The notes beneath the pieces are model-generated. The model was not told where the DNA came from. It did not search any database and worked only from the letters and a program-made list of their open reading frames with translations. This document shows, piece by piece, positions 36,416 to 48,129 of a DNA stretch of 64,000 nt (position 1 is the stretch's first letter; each line of letters starts with the position of its first letter). The stretch is from Spirochaetia bacterium (GTDB taxonomy: Bacteria; Spirochaetota; Spirochaetia; SZUA-6; Bin103): positions 768,001 to 832,000 of the forward strand of contig CBDBOV010000003.1 in assembly GCA_965208575.1 (NCBI GenBank). The letters run 5' to 3'. The translations under genes were made by a program, and so were the position numbers.

Positions 36416-36818
36416 CCAGGTCTGCTATCTCGACTCCTCGGCGATCGTCAAGCTCGTGGTACGAGAGAAGGAGTCTGCCGCTCTGCGGCGCTATCTGCAG
36501 GGCCGCACCCTCGTTTCGAGCGCGCTCGCTCGCGTGGAGGTGGCCCGGGCGGTCAAGCTGCAGGGAACCCGTGCGCTGCGCAAGGCTGCGCTGCGCAAGG
36601 CCGGGGACGTGCTTTCCCGCTTCGACCTCGTGCGGGTCAACAGCAAGGTGCTCACCCGGGCTGCCGCCATGGACCCGCCGGATCTCCGTACCCTCGATGC
36701 GATTCACCTCGCCACCGCCGCTCTGTTCGGTCGCTCCCTGCGCCGATTCGTGTGCTACGACGGCAGGTTGGCGGACGCGGCGAAGGCAGCCGACTGGCAC
36801 GTCGCGTCGCCCGGATGA
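36405..36818 (+). CDS. VapC-family PIN-domain toxin
   Basis: YLDSSAIVKL, SALARVEV, LRTLDAIHLATA, YDGRL; overlaps the antitoxin stop. Confidence 0.9.
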   Translation: MNADQVCYLDSSAIVKLVVREKESAALRRYLQGRTLVSSALARVEVARAVKLQGTRALRKAALRKAGDVLSRFDLVRVNSKVLTRAAAMDPPDLRTLDAIHLATAALFGRSLRRFVCYDGRLADAAKAADWHVASPG

Positions 36819-36991
36819 CCCGGCACGGGTCAGCCCGATAGTCCCTCCGGTCGACCCGGCATCGCGTCTCCGGCGGAAGCCCCGGCGGTAGCCCCGGCGG
36901 TTGCCGGGCGAATTCCGGCTTGCGTAAGTTGCCGCTCCCCATGGCACGGCTTGACCCGGCAGCTACACCCGACCCCGGCGGCAGAGTAGGC

Positions 36992-38995
36992 ATGGTGCGC
37001 TTCGTGCGCGGCGTGCTCAGCTACCGGCCGCAACTGTACCTGGCCAACGTGCTCACCTGGACCTGGTCGGCCGTGGCGCCGCTGCTGCCCGGCTACCTGG
37101 TCAAGGTGTACTACGACGGCCTTGCCGGCGACGCGCCGCTGGTCATTACGCCGTGGCTGATCCTGGTGCTGCTGGCATCGGTCGGCGTGACGCGCGCGGC
37201 CGCCAACTTCGGCGGCGGTTGGTTCTGGGGCGACCTGTCGACCCGCGCCGCCGGACTGGTGCGCAGCAACCTGGTCCGCCTGATCGCCGCCGGGCCGGGC
37301 GCCCTGGCGGCGGCACGCAGTTCCAGCGAGACGGTGAGCCGCGTGCGCGACGATGCCGACGGTTCCTGCCTGGTGGTGGAGGAGATGGTCGACGGGCTCG
37401 GCGTGGTCGTGTTCGCGGTGGCGGCGATCGTGATTATGGGCACGGTGGACTGGTTGATTACGATCATCGTGGTGGTGCCGATTCTGCTGTCGGCGCTGGC
37501 CGCGGAACTGGTCCGATCTCGGGTGATGGCGCTGCGCGGGGCCGCCCGCGCGGCCGGGGCGAACGTGGCCGAGTTCGTGGGCGAGGTGTTCGGCTCCTTC
37601 GCCACATTCAAGCTGGCGGCGAGCCGCGCCGGCGTGGCGCGCCGCCTGCAGGAGCTGAACGAAACGCGGCGGCGCACCGAGGTGCGCGAAAAGCTTCTGG
37701 CCCAGCTCCTGGAGGCGATTGCCGACAACACGGCGGTGGTGTGCACGGCGGTCCTGCTGGTGTTCCTCGCCTTCTCGGCGCGCGGCGCGGAGTTCACGGT
37801 CGGCGCGTTCGTGCTGTTCGTGACCTACCTGGAGCGGGTGGCCGACTACGCCAACTGGATGAGCGGCATGCTGGTCAACGTGCGACGCTCAGTGGTGTCG
37901 GTCGGCCGGCTGCTGGCGGCCGCCCCGGCCGGCAGCAGCGGCGCCGATCTGGCCGCCCACCGGCCGATCGCCCTTCTGCAGCAGGCGACCCGGGTGTCCG
38001 GTGAACGGACGCGGCTGTCCGGTGAACGGCCGTTCGCCGAATCCGGAGGTACCGGAGGCGGCGGTCGCCCGGCACCACAGTACCCGGCCGCGGCGCAACG
38101 CCCCGGAGTGGAAGTCACTGAGCCGCGCGGGCGGCGCCGGCCGGCACGGTCAGGCAATACGCGGTGTGCCGAACGGCGCGGTTTGGGCCCAACAACCGGT
38201 GCACCGGCACGTCCCGGGCAGGGCGGCTCGGTGGCCTCTGCCGCGCTGCAGCGGCTGGAGCTGCGCGGCGCCGGCTACCGCCACCCGCGCGGCGGCGGCG
38301 GCGTCCACGACGTCTCCCTGGCCCTGGAGCTCGGCTCGTTTACCGTGCTGACCGGGCGCGTGGGCGCCGGCAAGACCACCCTGCTGAAGGTGCTGCTCGG
38401 CCTGCTGCCGCTGCAGGCGGGCGAGCTGCGCTGGAACGGCGCGCCGGTGGCCGATCCCGGCCGCTTCATGACGCCGCCGCGCGCCGCCTACACACCGCAG
38501 GTTCCGCGCCTGTGCAGCGACACCATCGCCGCCAACATCACCCTCGGCGCGCCGGTCACGGACGAAGCGCTGGCGCGGGCGGTGCGCGACGCCGTGTTGG
38601 ATCCCGACCTGGAAACGATGCCGGAGGGTCTGGATACGCGCGTCGGCCCGCGTGGCGTGCGCCTGTCCGGCGGCCAGGTGCAGCGGCTGGCCGCCGCGCG
38701 CATGCTGGTGACCGGCGCCGACCTGCTGGTGATCGACGACTTGTCGAGCGCACTGGACACCGACACCGAGCGGCTGTTGTGGGACCGGTTGCTGAGCCGC
38801 GTGGCCAGTTTGCGTCCAACCTGCCTGGTGGTGTCGCACCGCCAGCGCGTGCTGCGCCGCGCCGACCGCATCGTGGTGCTGCGCGGCGGCCGCGTCGACG
38901 GCGCCGGCAGCCTGGACGAGTTGCTCGCCGGGTCGGCGGAAATGCTTCACATCTGGAACGCCGCCGGCGCCGCCCGGCGCGCCCTGGCGCGGTAA
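36992..38995 (+). CDS. ABC exporter subunit (TMD-NBD fusion; degenerate Walker B DD)
   Basis: TM region, [33 protein letters not shown]; long linker insertion. Start uncertain. Confidence 0.85.
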   Translation: MVRFVRGVLSYRPQLYLANVLTWTWSAVAPLLPGYLVKVYYDGLAGDAPLVITPWLILVLLASVGVTRAAANFGGGWFWGDLSTRAAGLVRSNLVRLIAAGPGALAAARSSSETVSRVRDDADGSCLVVEEMVDGLGVVVFAVAAIVIMGTVDWLITIIVVVPILLSALAAELVRSRVMALRGAARAAGANVAEFVGEVFGSFATFKLAASRAGVARRLQELNETRRRTEVREKLLAQLLEAIADNTAVVCTAVLLVFLAFSARGAEFTVGAFVLFVTYLERVADYANWMSGMLVNVRRSVVSVGRLLAAAPAGSSGADLAAHRPIALLQQATRVSGERTRLSGERPFAESGGTGGGGRPAPQYPAAAQRPGVEVTEPRGRRRPARSGNTRCAERRGLGPTTGAPARPGQGGSVASAALQRLELRGAGYRHPRGGGGVHDVSLALELGSFTVLTGRVGAGKTTLLKVLLGLLPLQAGELRWNGAPVADPGRFMTPPRAAYTPQVPRLCSDTIAANITLGAPVTDEALARAVRDAVLDPDLETMPEGLDTRVGPRGVRLSGGQVQRLAAARMLVTGADLLVIDDLSSALDTDTERLLWDRLLSRVASLRPTCLVVSHRQRVLRRADRIVVLRGGRVDGAGSLDELLAGSAEMLHIWNAAGAARRALAR

Positions 38996-39000
38996 CGCCG

Positions 39001-40788
39001 ATGCGCCCCTCGTTCGCCGTGTATCGCGGGTTCCTGACCCGCTACCTGGCCGGCTGCCGCGGGCAGGTCGCCGTGTTGGCGCTGCTGCTGCTCGTGCACA
39101 CCGCCGCCGGCGTGTACGCGCCGCAATTGCTGCGCGGCATCGTGGACCAGTTGACCGCGCGCGGCGCGTCCGCCGCCCTGACGCACGCGGCGGCCTGGTT
39201 CCTGGCGGTGGCCGCCGTGCGCCAACTCACCCGCGGGGCAGCCGCGGTGATCGGGGAGGACGTGTCCTGGATCGCCACCAACCGGGTGCGCACCGACCTG
39301 GTTCGCCATACCCTGGGCCTCGATCCCGGCTTTGTCGGGCGCCATCCGCCCGGGGCGATGCTGGAACGCATCGACGGCGACGCCAACCAGCTCGCCACGT
39401 TCTTCGCGCAGTTTTCGCTGCGCCTGCTGGCCGCCGCGCTGCTGCTTACCGGGATCCTGGTGGCGCTGTTGATCGAGGACTGGAAGCTGTGCCTGGCGCT
39501 GTTCCTGTTCGCCGTCGCGGTTACCGCGCTGCTGCTCAAGCTGCGCGGCTTCGGGGTCCCCTACTACGACCGCCTGCGCGAGGCGGCCGCCGACCTGCAC
39601 GGCTTCGTGGAGGAGCGGCTGGCCGCCATCGAGGAGATCAAGGCGCTCGGCGGCCTGGTGCATACCGTGCGCCGCATGACCGGCCTGATCGGGGCCCAGG
39701 TACATCACGCCAAGCGCGCGTACAGTCTCGGCACGCTGGTGTGGCCGCTGGTCAACGTGGTGATGGGCATCGGTACCGGCTTGATGATGGCATGGGGAGG
39801 GGCGCTGGCGCTGCGCGGCGACATGACCCTGGGTACGCTGTACCTGATGTTCAGTTACATCAACCTGCTGTTCTGGCCGTTCGAAGACCTGGCCCACCAG
39901 ATGGAGGAGCTGCAGAAGGCGGGCGGCAACGTGGTGCGCATTCAGCGCCTTCTGGAACAGCGCAGCTCGCTGCCGGACGGCACGCGCGAGGGGTTCCCGC
40001 GCCGGCCGGTGCGCATCGCGCTGGAGCAGGTCAGCTTCCGCTACCCGGTTGCGGGCGACCGGCGGGAAGAGGACGAATTGGTGCTGCGCGACCTGTCGTT
40101 GACCATCGAGCCGGGGCGCACGCTCGGCATCCTGGGTCGCACCGGCAGCGGCAAGACCACCATCATGCGTCTGCTCGCGCGCCTGTACGACCCGCAGGCG
40201 GGGCGCATCACCGTGGACGGCGTCGACCTGCGCGAGTTCCGGCTGCGGAAGGTGCGCGCCCGCATCGCGGTGGTGACCCAGGAGGTGCAGTTCTTCGGCG
40301 CCACGATACGCGACAACCTTGCCCTGTTCGATGCCACCGTCGACGACCGGTGCATCGAGAGCGCGCTCGATCGCCTGCACCTGATGCCGTGGCTGGCCGC
40401 CCAGCCGGACGGGCTGGACACCGTGCTGGCAAGCGCGCAACTGGCGCTGTCGGCCGGCGAGGCACAGCGGCTGGCGCTGGCGCGCGCGCTGTTGCGCGAT
40501 CCCGACGTCGTCATCCTCGACGAGGCCGCCGCACGGCTCGATCCGGTCTCCGAGCACGAGGTGGAAGAGGCGCTCGCCGCTCTGCTCGTCGGGCGCACCG
40601 GCGTGGTGATCGCGCACCGGCCGCGCTCGGTGGAGAAGGTGGACGACATCCTGATCCTGGAGCGCGGCCGGATGGTGGAGTACGGGCCGCGCCGGGCGCT
40701 GCTCGCCGACCCCGAGTCCCGGTTGCACGTACTGCTCGCCCTGGGCGCGGCCGCGGGCGTCCCACCCGGTCCCGGCGCGCCGAACTGA
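39001..40788 (+). CDS. ABC exporter subunit (TMD-NBD fusion)
   Basis: [39 protein letters not shown]. Confidence 0.9.
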   Translation: MRPSFAVYRGFLTRYLAGCRGQVAVLALLLLVHTAAGVYAPQLLRGIVDQLTARGASAALTHAAAWFLAVAAVRQLTRGAAAVIGEDVSWIATNRVRTDLVRHTLGLDPGFVGRHPPGAMLERIDGDANQLATFFAQFSLRLLAAALLLTGILVALLIEDWKLCLALFLFAVAVTALLLKLRGFGVPYYDRLREAAADLHGFVEERLAAIEEIKALGGLVHTVRRMTGLIGAQVHHAKRAYSLGTLVWPLVNVVMGIGTGLMMAWGGALALRGDMTLGTLYLMFSYINLLFWPFEDLAHQMEELQKAGGNVVRIQRLLEQRSSLPDGTREGFPRRPVRIALEQVSFRYPVAGDRREEDELVLRDLSLTIEPGRTLGILGRTGSGKTTIMRLLARLYDPQAGRITVDGVDLREFRLRKVRARIAVVTQEVQFFGATIRDNLALFDATVDDRCIESALDRLHLMPWLAAQPDGLDTVLASAQLALSAGEAQRLALARALLRDPDVVILDEAAARLDPVSEHEVEEALAALLVGRTGVVIAHRPRSVEKVDDILILERGRMVEYGPRRALLADPESRLHVLLALGAAAGVPPGPGAPN

Positions 40789-40876
40789 CCGGCAGCGTGC
40801 ACCGGCTGTCCGGATTGCGGCCCCGAGCCCCGCGGTGGGCGCACTCGCACTCGTTGCGCCGCCCTGCGGCGTCCGA

Positions 40877-42673
40877 TCAGCGCTGCGCCGAGCGGGCCGC
40901 GTCAGCCTCGGCGCGCGCGCCGCTCCACAGGTGGCGCATTTCGGCGCTGGAGTCCAGCAACTGGTCCAGCGTGCCGCGGGCCGTGATGGCGCCGTTCTCC
41001 AGCACCACCACGAGGTCGGCGCGGCGGAGCAGCGCCTGGCTGTGCGAGACTGCCACCACCGACAGTTCCGGGGAACGGGTGAACAGGTTGCGCCACAACT
41101 GTGCCTCGGTCTCCACGTCCAGTGCGCTCGACAGGTCGTCCACCACCAGCAGCTCGGTGTCGCGCACGAACATGCGCGCCGCGGCGATGCGCTGCGCCTG
41201 GCCGCCGGACACGCGTACCCCGCGCGGTCCGACGATGGTGTCCAGGCCCTGCTCCAGGGCGTCCAGGTCGGTTTCCAGCATGGCGGCGCGTACCGCCGAC
41301 GGCAGGTCAACCTTGTTGCGCGGCAGGCCGAGCAGGACGTTGTCGCGCAGCGACGCACTCAGCAGCGCCGGCACCTGCGGCGTGTAGGCCACCCGCGGCG
41401 GCACCATCGCCGTGGCCTCCTCGCTTACCGGGCGGCCGTTCCACAGCACGCGGCCCGCGTCGGCGTACAACAACCCCAGCAGCACCTTCAGCAAGGTAGA
41501 CTTTCCGGCCCCGATGCGGCCCACCACGGCCACGCGCTGGCCGCGTCGCACCTCCAGATCGATGTCCCGGATACCCTCTCCGGAGGCTCCGTAGCGGAAC
41601 GATACGCCCTCCACGGTCAGCCGTTCGAAGCGGTCGGCGGCGCTCTTTGGCCGGTACGGGATCTTCGGCAGCGGGCCGCGCAGGTGCACGCTGCTCGGCG
41701 CCACCAGGGCGCGCGGCTCGGCGTCGCCGAACAGCTCCTGCAGCCGGTCCAGCGATACCCCGGCCTGGCGCAGGCGGGTCAGGAAGCCGCCGAACATGCC
41801 GACCGCCTGATGCGAGAGAAAGGTCAGGTTGTAGACGAACAGCGAGAAGTCGCCGACCGTGAAGCTGCCGTCGATCATGGCCCCGGCCGCCACCACCATG
41901 ATGACCCCGGTGCCGATCTGCGCCATGTTGTCGAAACCGGAGCTGAGCAGCTTGGTCAGGAGCTGGTCGCGCACCGCGCCGTCCAGGCGGCGGTCGTTGA
42001 GTTGCTCGAAGCGGCGCGCGGCGCGCTCCTCGGCGGACAACGCCTGCAGCGCCGGAATCGCCGCGTACAGCTCGGCGATAAAGCTGGTCACGGCGCCGGT
42101 GTCGCGCCGGAACCGGGCATGCACGGTGCTGATCCGCTTGCGCAGGAAGCGTACGATCGCCACCACCACGGCCAGCGGCACGAACACCAAGGCGGTGAGC
42201 AGCGGGTCGATGCCGACCATGACGACGCCCCCGGCGACCGCGAACGCCAGCGTGCCGACCTGGAAGGATGCCTCCATCAGCAGCTTCACGACGCCTTCCA
42301 CGTCGTCGCGCAGCCGGCTGATCGCCTCGCCCGGCGTATGCGGCAGCGCGTGGCCGGCGGGCCGGCTCAGGACACGCTCCAGGACGTTCTTGCGCAGCAG
42401 CGAGGCGAGCGCGAACTCGGTGCGGAAGTGCAGCGGCACGTCCACGAACACCACCACCGAGCGCGCCAGGGCGATGGCCACCAGGCCGCCGCACAGCAGC
42501 CACGGCCCGAACACCAGCGGACGGGCGCCGCTCAGTTCGTCGAGCAGCACGCGCGAAACGATGCCGATCATCTGGAACGAGACGCCGAACACCAGCACCC
42601 GCGCACAGGTCATGAACAGGAAGTTCCACTTGCGGTAGCCGAGCAGCCGCGCCAGCACGGCCAGCCTGCTCAC
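40877..42673 (-). CDS. ABC exporter subunit (TMD-NBD fusion; degenerate Walker B DD)
   Basis: GTG start overlaps the upstream stop; [37 protein letters not shown]. Confidence 0.9.
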   Translation of the reverse strand: MSRLAVLARLLGYRKWNFLFMTCARVLVFGVSFQMIGIVSRVLLDELSGARPLVFGPWLLCGGLVAIALARSVVVFVDVPLHFRTEFALASLLRKNVLERVLSRPAGHALPHTPGEAISRLRDDVEGVVKLLMEASFQVGTLAFAVAGGVVMVGIDPLLTALVFVPLAVVVAIVRFLRKRISTVHARFRRDTGAVTSFIAELYAAIPALQALSAEERAARRFEQLNDRRLDGAVRDQLLTKLLSSGFDNMAQIGTGVIMVVAAGAMIDGSFTVGDFSLFVYNLTFLSHQAVGMFGGFLTRLRQAGVSLDRLQELFGDAEPRALVAPSSVHLRGPLPKIPYRPKSAADRFERLTVEGVSFRYGASGEGIRDIDLEVRRGQRVAVVGRIGAGKSTLLKVLLGLLYADAGRVLWNGRPVSEEATAMVPPRVAYTPQVPALLSASLRDNVLLGLPRNKVDLPSAVRAAMLETDLDALEQGLDTIVGPRGVRVSGGQAQRIAAARMFVRDTELLVVDDLSSALDVETEAQLWRNLFTRSPELSVVAVSHSQALLRRADLVVVLENGAITARGTLDQLLDSSAEMRHLWSGARAEADAARSAQR

Positions 42674-44463
42674 TGCAGCACCTGCTCGGTCCCGTGCGCG
42701 TGACGCAGCAGCTGCGACAGGCGGGAGGCGGGATCGGCCAGCAGGTCGCCGCGGCGGCCGAACTCCGCCAGCCGCCCCCCGTCGAGCAGCGCAATGCGGT
42801 CGGCACGCATCACGGTGGCCAGCCGGTGGGCGATGATGATCGCCGTGCGCCCCGCGACCAGCCGGTCGACGGCGCGTTCGATGGAGCGCTCGGTGCCGGG
42901 GTCGAGGCGCGAGGAGGCCTCGTCGAGCACCACCACGCCGGGGGCGCTGAGCAGGAACGCCCGCCCGAACGCCAGCAGTTGCGCCTGGCCGGCGGACAGC
43001 TCCGCGTTCTGGCCGGCCAGCTCGGTGTGGATGCCGTGCGGCAGTTCCCGCCACCACCTGCCCAGACCCAGGTCGTCCAGCACCTCCCGTACGCGCTCGT
43101 CCGGCACCGCGGTGTCGAACAGGGTCAGGTTGTCGTGCACCGAGCCGTGCACCAGGTCGACGCGCTGGTTGACCATCGCCAGCCGGGCACGCAGATCGGC
43201 CAGCTCCAGCGAGCGCACGTCGTGGCCGCCGAGCCGGACGCTGCCGCGGTCCACGTCGTAGAACCGGAACAGCAGCCGCGACAGGGTGGTCTTGCCGCTG
43301 CCGGTGCGCCCGATCAGGCCCAGCACCTCGCCCGCCGGGAGGTGCAGGGAAACCTCCTCCAACACCGGGTTGGCCGGGTCGTAGCCGAACGTGACCGCGT
43401 CGAAGTCGATGGCGAGCGCACCGGGCGCCAGAGACGGCCTGCGCGCTGCGGCGTCGAAGCGTACCGGCGGCGCGGGCAGCGCCGATCGCGCCCGGAACAG
43501 CCGCACCGCGCGGCGCGCGGCCGCCGCGGCGCGCTGCAGGTCTTCCATCTGCCACGTTACCACGCGCAGCGGCCGGGACATCATGCCGGCATAGTGGAAC
43601 ACCAGGTAGGCGACGCCGAGGGTGGCGCCGCCGTGCAGGTACAGGAATGCGCCGAGGCCGAGTCCCACCGCGAAGCCGAGGGTATCCACCATCAGCCACG
43701 AGTTGACCATGAAGGTGGTACGCATGGCGGCCTTGATCTGGTGGCGCAGGAAGCGCCTGGTGAGGCGGTAGAACTGGCGGATCACGAATGGCTGGCCGGC
43801 GCTGGTGTGAATGTCCTCCATGCCGGTGAGGGTCTCTTCCAGGAAGCCGAACAACTCGCCGCTCGCCTGCCGGGTACGCTGCCACTGCTCCACGCCGATG
43901 CTGCGCAGCGCCAGCAGCAGGGACCACGACACCACCACGTAGCCGGCCATCACCGCACCCACCCGCCAGTCCTGGCTGAACACCACGGCCATCACCCCGA
44001 CGATCACCAGCGCGTTGCCCACGATCTGCACCGCGAACTCGGCGAAGTAGTTGCTCATCAGCGTGATGTCGCCGTCCACCCGCTCGATCATCTCGCCGGG
44101 CGTGTGGTCGTGGTGGAAGCGCAGGTCGAGGCGCACCGTGTGGCGCAGCAGGTCGGCGCGCAGGGCGTTGGTGGACTGCCAGCCGATGCGCACGCTCAGC
44201 AGCGTGGCGACCACCGTGATCACGTAGGCGAGGGTGGCCGCTCCGCCGTAGGCGGCTCCCCACCACACCAGGCCGGCGAGCGCGGCGCCGGCCGTCGCCG
44301 CGTCGATGACGTGGCGAACGATCAGCGGGGTCAACGCCTGGGCGCCGGTGCTGGCCAGCAGCAGCGCCCCGAGCAGCGCCACGGTGCCGCGCCGGCGCCG
44401 CAGGTAGTGGCGCAGCATGCCGAACAGTGTTACCGGCAGGGCGGAGGGGGCAGCGTCGGTCAC
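42670..44463 (-). CDS. ABC exporter subunit (TMD-NBD fusion)
   Basis: [43 protein letters not shown]; start uncertain. Confidence 0.9.
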   Translation of the reverse strand: MTDAAPSALPVTLFGMLRHYLRRRRGTVALLGALLLASTGAQALTPLIVRHVIDAATAGAALAGLVWWGAAYGGAATLAYVITVVATLLSVRIGWQSTNALRADLLRHTVRLDLRFHHDHTPGEMIERVDGDITLMSNYFAEFAVQIVGNALVIVGVMAVVFSQDWRVGAVMAGYVVVSWSLLLALRSIGVEQWQRTRQASGELFGFLEETLTGMEDIHTSAGQPFVIRQFYRLTRRFLRHQIKAAMRTTFMVNSWLMVDTLGFAVGLGLGAFLYLHGGATLGVAYLVFHYAGMMSRPLRVVTWQMEDLQRAAAAARRAVRLFRARSALPAPPVRFDAAARRPSLAPGALAIDFDAVTFGYDPANPVLEEVSLHLPAGEVLGLIGRTGSGKTTLSRLLFRFYDVDRGSVRLGGHDVRSLELADLRARLAMVNQRVDLVHGSVHDNLTLFDTAVPDERVREVLDDLGLGRWWRELPHGIHTELAGQNAELSAGQAQLLAFGRAFLLSAPGVVVLDEASSRLDPGTERSIERAVDRLVAGRTAIIIAHRLATVMRADRIALLDGGRLAEFGRRGDLLADPASRLSQLLRHAHGTEQVLQ

Positions 44464-44540
44464 CGGAGCCGCAAGGTACGGGTCAGCCGCCGCGCCGGGC
44501 AACCGAAGCCGGTGCCGCCGCCGGCAGCGTTACTGCGCCA

Positions 44541-45860
44541 TCAGTCGTACCGGGGTATGCGCGGCGTGTACTCCCATACCGCCATCGGGTCGACGTCGTC
44601 GGGCGGGCTGACGCCGTGTTCGGCCGGCTTCGGAATCGGCCCATCCAGAATCGGGTCGTTGGTGGCGTCCATCCAGTGCGCCAGCCGTTCACGCAGGTCG
44701 GCGAGGGTCGCCGCGTGGCGCGGTTCGCGGGCGAGGTTGGCCGCCTCGTTGGGATCGAACACCAGGTCGTAGAGCTGTTCCTCGGCCATCGGCAGCTCGG
44801 CCCAGCCGTGGCGCAGCACCAGGTCCTTGCTGATGCTGTTGTCGCAGTTGGCCAGCGACGGGATGGCGCGGTCGGTAAAGCGGCGGATATACTTCCACCG
44901 CCTGGTGCGGATCATGCGCTGCGGCTCATACTGGCCGTGGTAGTTGACCTCCGCGAACACGGCGTCGTTGATCTCCTCCGCCTCGCCGCGCACCAGCGGC
45001 AGCAGCGAGCGCCCCTGCAGCCACGCCGGCGGATCGATCTCCAGCAGCTCGCACAGGGTCGGGAACAGGTCGATGTGCGACACCAGCGCGTCGCTCACCC
45101 GGCCCCCCTCAAAGCCGCCCGGCCCGCGCAGCATCAGCATCACGCCGGTGCCGTGATCGGTCAGGTTGCACTTCATGCGCGGAAACGGCAGGCCGTGGTC
45201 GGTGGTGCAGATCACCAGCGTGTTGTCCGCCAGGCCGGCGTCGTCGAGGGCGCCGAGCACCGTACCGACGCCGTGGTCGAGGTCGGTGAGGCTGGCCTGG
45301 TAGGCGGCCATGTCGGCGCGCGTCTCCGGAGTATCGGGAAACGGCGCCGGCGGGCGTACGTAGCGGGCGTCGTCGGCCGGTGCCGGCGGCGGAAACCGGC
45401 GATGGGTCTCGCTGAATCCGACGGTCAGAAAGAACGGCTCCGGCGGCGCGGCGCCGAGAAACTCGGCCGCCGCCGGTGCTACGTCGCGTGCCTTGCGCGA
45501 TGCGGTGTCGAGGATCTTGTCGTAGCCGATGGTGCGCGGGTCGCGGCGCACGTGCTGAACCCCGCACAGGGTGCTGCGGTAGCCGGCCGGGCGCAGCGTG
45601 TGCACCAGGTGGCGGCTCGGATCGGCGAGGTCGAAGCCGCGATTGACCAGTCCGAACTGGCCGGCGCTGTGCGGGCACATGCCGGTCAGCAGCGCGGCGC
45701 GGCTCGGCGAGCAGGTGGGAGCCGCGTTGTACGCCTGCCGGAACAACAGGCCCTGCTCCGCGAGCCGCTGCAGGTTGGGTGAGCGCACGCCGTAGCCGTA
45801 CGGCTCGATGTAGCGTCCGGTGTCGTGCGAGTGCAGGTAGATGATGTTGGGCCGTGCCAT
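44541..45860 (-). CDS. Sulfatase (N-sulfoglucosamine sulfohydrolase-like)
   Basis: RPNIIYLHSHDTGR, CSPSRAALLTG, ETHR, TTDHG, MKCNL. Confidence 0.92.
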   Translation of the reverse strand: MARPNIIYLHSHDTGRYIEPYGYGVRSPNLQRLAEQGLLFRQAYNAAPTCSPSRAALLTGMCPHSAGQFGLVNRGFDLADPSRHLVHTLRPAGYRSTLCGVQHVRRDPRTIGYDKILDTASRKARDVAPAAAEFLGAAPPEPFFLTVGFSETHRRFPPPAPADDARYVRPPAPFPDTPETRADMAAYQASLTDLDHGVGTVLGALDDAGLADNTLVICTTDHGLPFPRMKCNLTDHGTGVMLMLRGPGGFEGGRVSDALVSHIDLFPTLCELLEIDPPAWLQGRSLLPLVRGEAEEINDAVFAEVNYHGQYEPQRMIRTRRWKYIRRFTDRAIPSLANCDNSISKDLVLRHGWAELPMAEEQLYDLVFDPNEAANLAREPRHAATLADLRERLAHWMDATNDPILDGPIPKPAEHGVSPPDDVDPMAVWEYTPRIPRYD

Positions 45861-45996
45861 GGCCCACCACTGTGCCGCCAATACGCGCCTGCGATCAACC
45901 GACCAGGGAACGATTCGCCTGGTATGAAGCGTCAGCGACGATCCGCCCGTTGTCTGGTGTGCGCTGACAGCGTCCGGCTGCCGGGAGCAGGCGCCC

Positions 45997-46836
45997 TTAC
46001 GCTTGCGTCCGCGGCGGGGGCATCAGGGCGGCGGCGCGGGTGGCGCAGGCGGCGGCGATGCGGTCGGGCGGCTGCCGCCACCAGTGGCGCGCGGAGAACA
46101 CCTCGAACTCCAGCGGGCCGGTGAAGCCGGTGGCCGCGACTTTCGCCAGGAACGAGTCGAAGTCGATCACTCCGTCGCCGGGCATGCCGCGGTCCAGGCG
46201 CAGGTCGCGAGTGTCGGGCAGCCAGTCGGCGACGTGCAGGTGCAGCAGGCGCGGGCCGGCGCGCGCGATCTGCGCCGGCAAGTCCGGGTCCCACCAGGTG
46301 GCGTAGCTGTCCAGCGCGATGCCGACGCTGGTTCCGGCGTCGAGCAGGTCGCACCAGTCGTTGGCCTGCGCCAGGGTGGTGAGCACGCCGCGGAAGGCGC
46401 AGGTCATCGGGTGCAGCGGCTCGATGGCCAGCCGTACGCCGGCGGCGCGTGCGTCGGGCAGCAGCCGGGAAATTCCCTCCAGGGCACGGTCGCGGGCGCA
46501 GCGCAGGTCGCGCTCGCCCTCCTCCAGGCCTCCCGAGATGGTAACCAGGGAGCGCGCGCCGATCGCCGCCGCGTCATCGAGCAGGCGCCGGTTGTGCTCC
46601 AGCGCCGCCTGCCGGCGGCGCGAGTCGCGGGCGGTGAGCAGGCCGCCCGGGCACAGCGCCACCGCCTCGACGCCGTGGTCGTCGAGCAGGCGCGCCGCCG
46701 CCGCCGCGCCGATGTCGGCCAGCTTGTCGTGCCACACCGCGGTCAGGCCAACCCCCTGCCGCTGGAGGGCCGCCACGCAGGTCGCGAAGTCGCGTTCGAA
46801 GCCGAAACAGACCTGGTGGATGCAGAGCGAGGTCAA
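45997..46836 (-). CDS. Sugar phosphate isomerase/epimerase (xylose isomerase-like TIM barrel)
   Basis: LAIEPLHPM, ALDSYATWWDP, HVADW, DRGMPGDGVID, EFEVFS. Confidence 0.85.
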   Translation of the reverse strand: MTSLCIHQVCFGFERDFATCVAALQRQGVGLTAVWHDKLADIGAAAAARLLDDHGVEAVALCPGGLLTARDSRRRQAALEHNRRLLDDAAAIGARSLVTISGGLEEGERDLRCARDRALEGISRLLPDARAAGVRLAIEPLHPMTCAFRGVLTTLAQANDWCDLLDAGTSVGIALDSYATWWDPDLPAQIARAGPRLLHLHVADWLPDTRDLRLDRGMPGDGVIDFDSFLAKVAATGFTGPLEFEVFSARHWWRQPPDRIAAACATRAAALMPPPRTQA

Positions 46837-46843
46837 TGGCGGC

Positions 46844-47554
46844 TCAATAGTCGGCGCGTCCGCCCGATACGTCGAATGCCATGCCGGTGGTAAAGCTGCA
46901 CGCCGGGCTGGCCGCGAACACGGCCATGGCGGCGATTTCCTCGATCCTGGCGAAGCGCCCCATCGGGATGCGTGCCCTGCGGTCGGCGACGTACTCCGCG
47001 GACATGCCTTCCAGGAACGGCGTTTCGGCCATCGACGGGGTGATGCAGTTCACCAGCACGCCGGATCGCGCCAGTTCGCGGGCGAGCGTCTTGGTGACGC
47101 CCACCACGCCGGCCTTGGCGGCGCCGTACGCGATGGCGTCGGGGTTGCCCTCCTTGCCGGCGATCGAGGCGATGTTGACGATGCGCCCGTAGCCGCGCTC
47201 ACGCATGCCGGGAATGAGCGCCCGCGAGCACAGGAACACACCGGTCAGGTCGACCGCCAGCACCGCGTTCCACTCGGTGAGGGCGTACTCCCAGGCCGGC
47301 TTGGTGGGGCCGTTCACACCCGCGTTGTTGACCAGGATGTCGACCTCCCCGGCCGCCGCGGCGGCGCCGTTCACGGAAGCCTCGTCGCTCACGTCGACGC
47401 CGCAAAAGCGCGCGAAGCAGGCGTCTTCCGACGGCCGCAGGTCCCATCCTTCCACGCGCGCGCCCGATTCGCACAGCAGGCGGGCTATGGCCAGCCCGAT
47501 GCCGCGCGCCGCGCCGGTCACCACCGCGGTCTGCCCGGCGAAATCGAGCTTCAT
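46844..47554 (-). CDS. Short-chain dehydrogenase/reductase
   Basis: TGAARGIG, LVNNAG, YGAAK, FDVSGGRADY. Confidence 0.9.
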   Translation of the reverse strand: MKLDFAGQTAVVTGAARGIGLAIARLLCESGARVEGWDLRPSEDACFARFCGVDVSDEASVNGAAAAAGEVDILVNNAGVNGPTKPAWEYALTEWNAVLAVDLTGVFLCSRALIPGMRERGYGRIVNIASIAGKEGNPDAIAYGAAKAGVVGVTKTLARELARSGVLVNCITPSMAETPFLEGMSAEYVADRRARIPMGRFARIEEIAAMAVFAASPACSFTTGMAFDVSGGRADY

Positions 47555-47631
47555 CGGGCGCACCGCCGTTGACGCGCCGCAACCGGCCTCCCTACGCTGT
47601 GCCCGGCGACGGCCGGCGGGAGCGAACAGCA

Positions 47632-48129
47632 GTGGGATCCGACTTCTACGTCCGCGTGGGGCAGCGCACCCGGTTCACCAAGACCGTGGGCGAGTCCGAT
47701 GTCTACCTGTTCGCCGGCATCACCGGCGACCTTTCCCCCAATCACGTCGACCAAGTGTACATGGAGCGCTCCCGTTTCGGCACCCGCATGGCGCACGGCG
47801 CGCTGCTGGTCGGCTTCATGTCCACCGCGTCGACGATGGCAATCGCCCACACCCGCGGTGCGCCCGAGACGCCGGTGTCGGCCGGCTATGACCGCATCCG
47901 GTTCATAAAGCCGGTGCTGCTCGGCGACACCATCACCGTGACCTACACCATCGCGGCCATCGACCGGGCGCGGCGCCGCTCGACGGCGGAGATAGAGGTC
48001 GCCAACCAGCACGGCGACGTCGTGGCGGTGGGGCGGCACATCCTGCAATGGGTGCCGGACGACCCGTCGCGAGACGGGCCGGGCGACGGATCGGGCCGCG
48101 CGGCACGCGACCAGTCTACGGGCGCGTGA
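47632..48129 (+). CDS. MaoC-family (hotdog) dehydratase
   Basis: FAGITGDLSPNHVD, AHGALL, RFIKPVLLGDT. Confidence 0.85.
   Translation: MGSDFYVRVGQRTRFTKTVGESDVYLFAGITGDLSPNHVDQVYMERSRFGTRMAHGALLVGFMSTASTMAIAHTRGAPETPVSAGYDRIRFIKPVLLGDTITVTYTIAAIDRARRRSTAEIEVANQHGDVVAVGRHILQWVPDDPSRDGPGDGSGRAARDQSTGA

Noticed and set aside
40877-44266. 1129-aa ABC fusion protein in the ORF track
   Set aside because: The N-terminal half is an off-frame read over the 42670..44463 gene; the real gene most likely starts at GTG 42673. The same applies to 14671..17607, 4271..6853 and 38164..40788.
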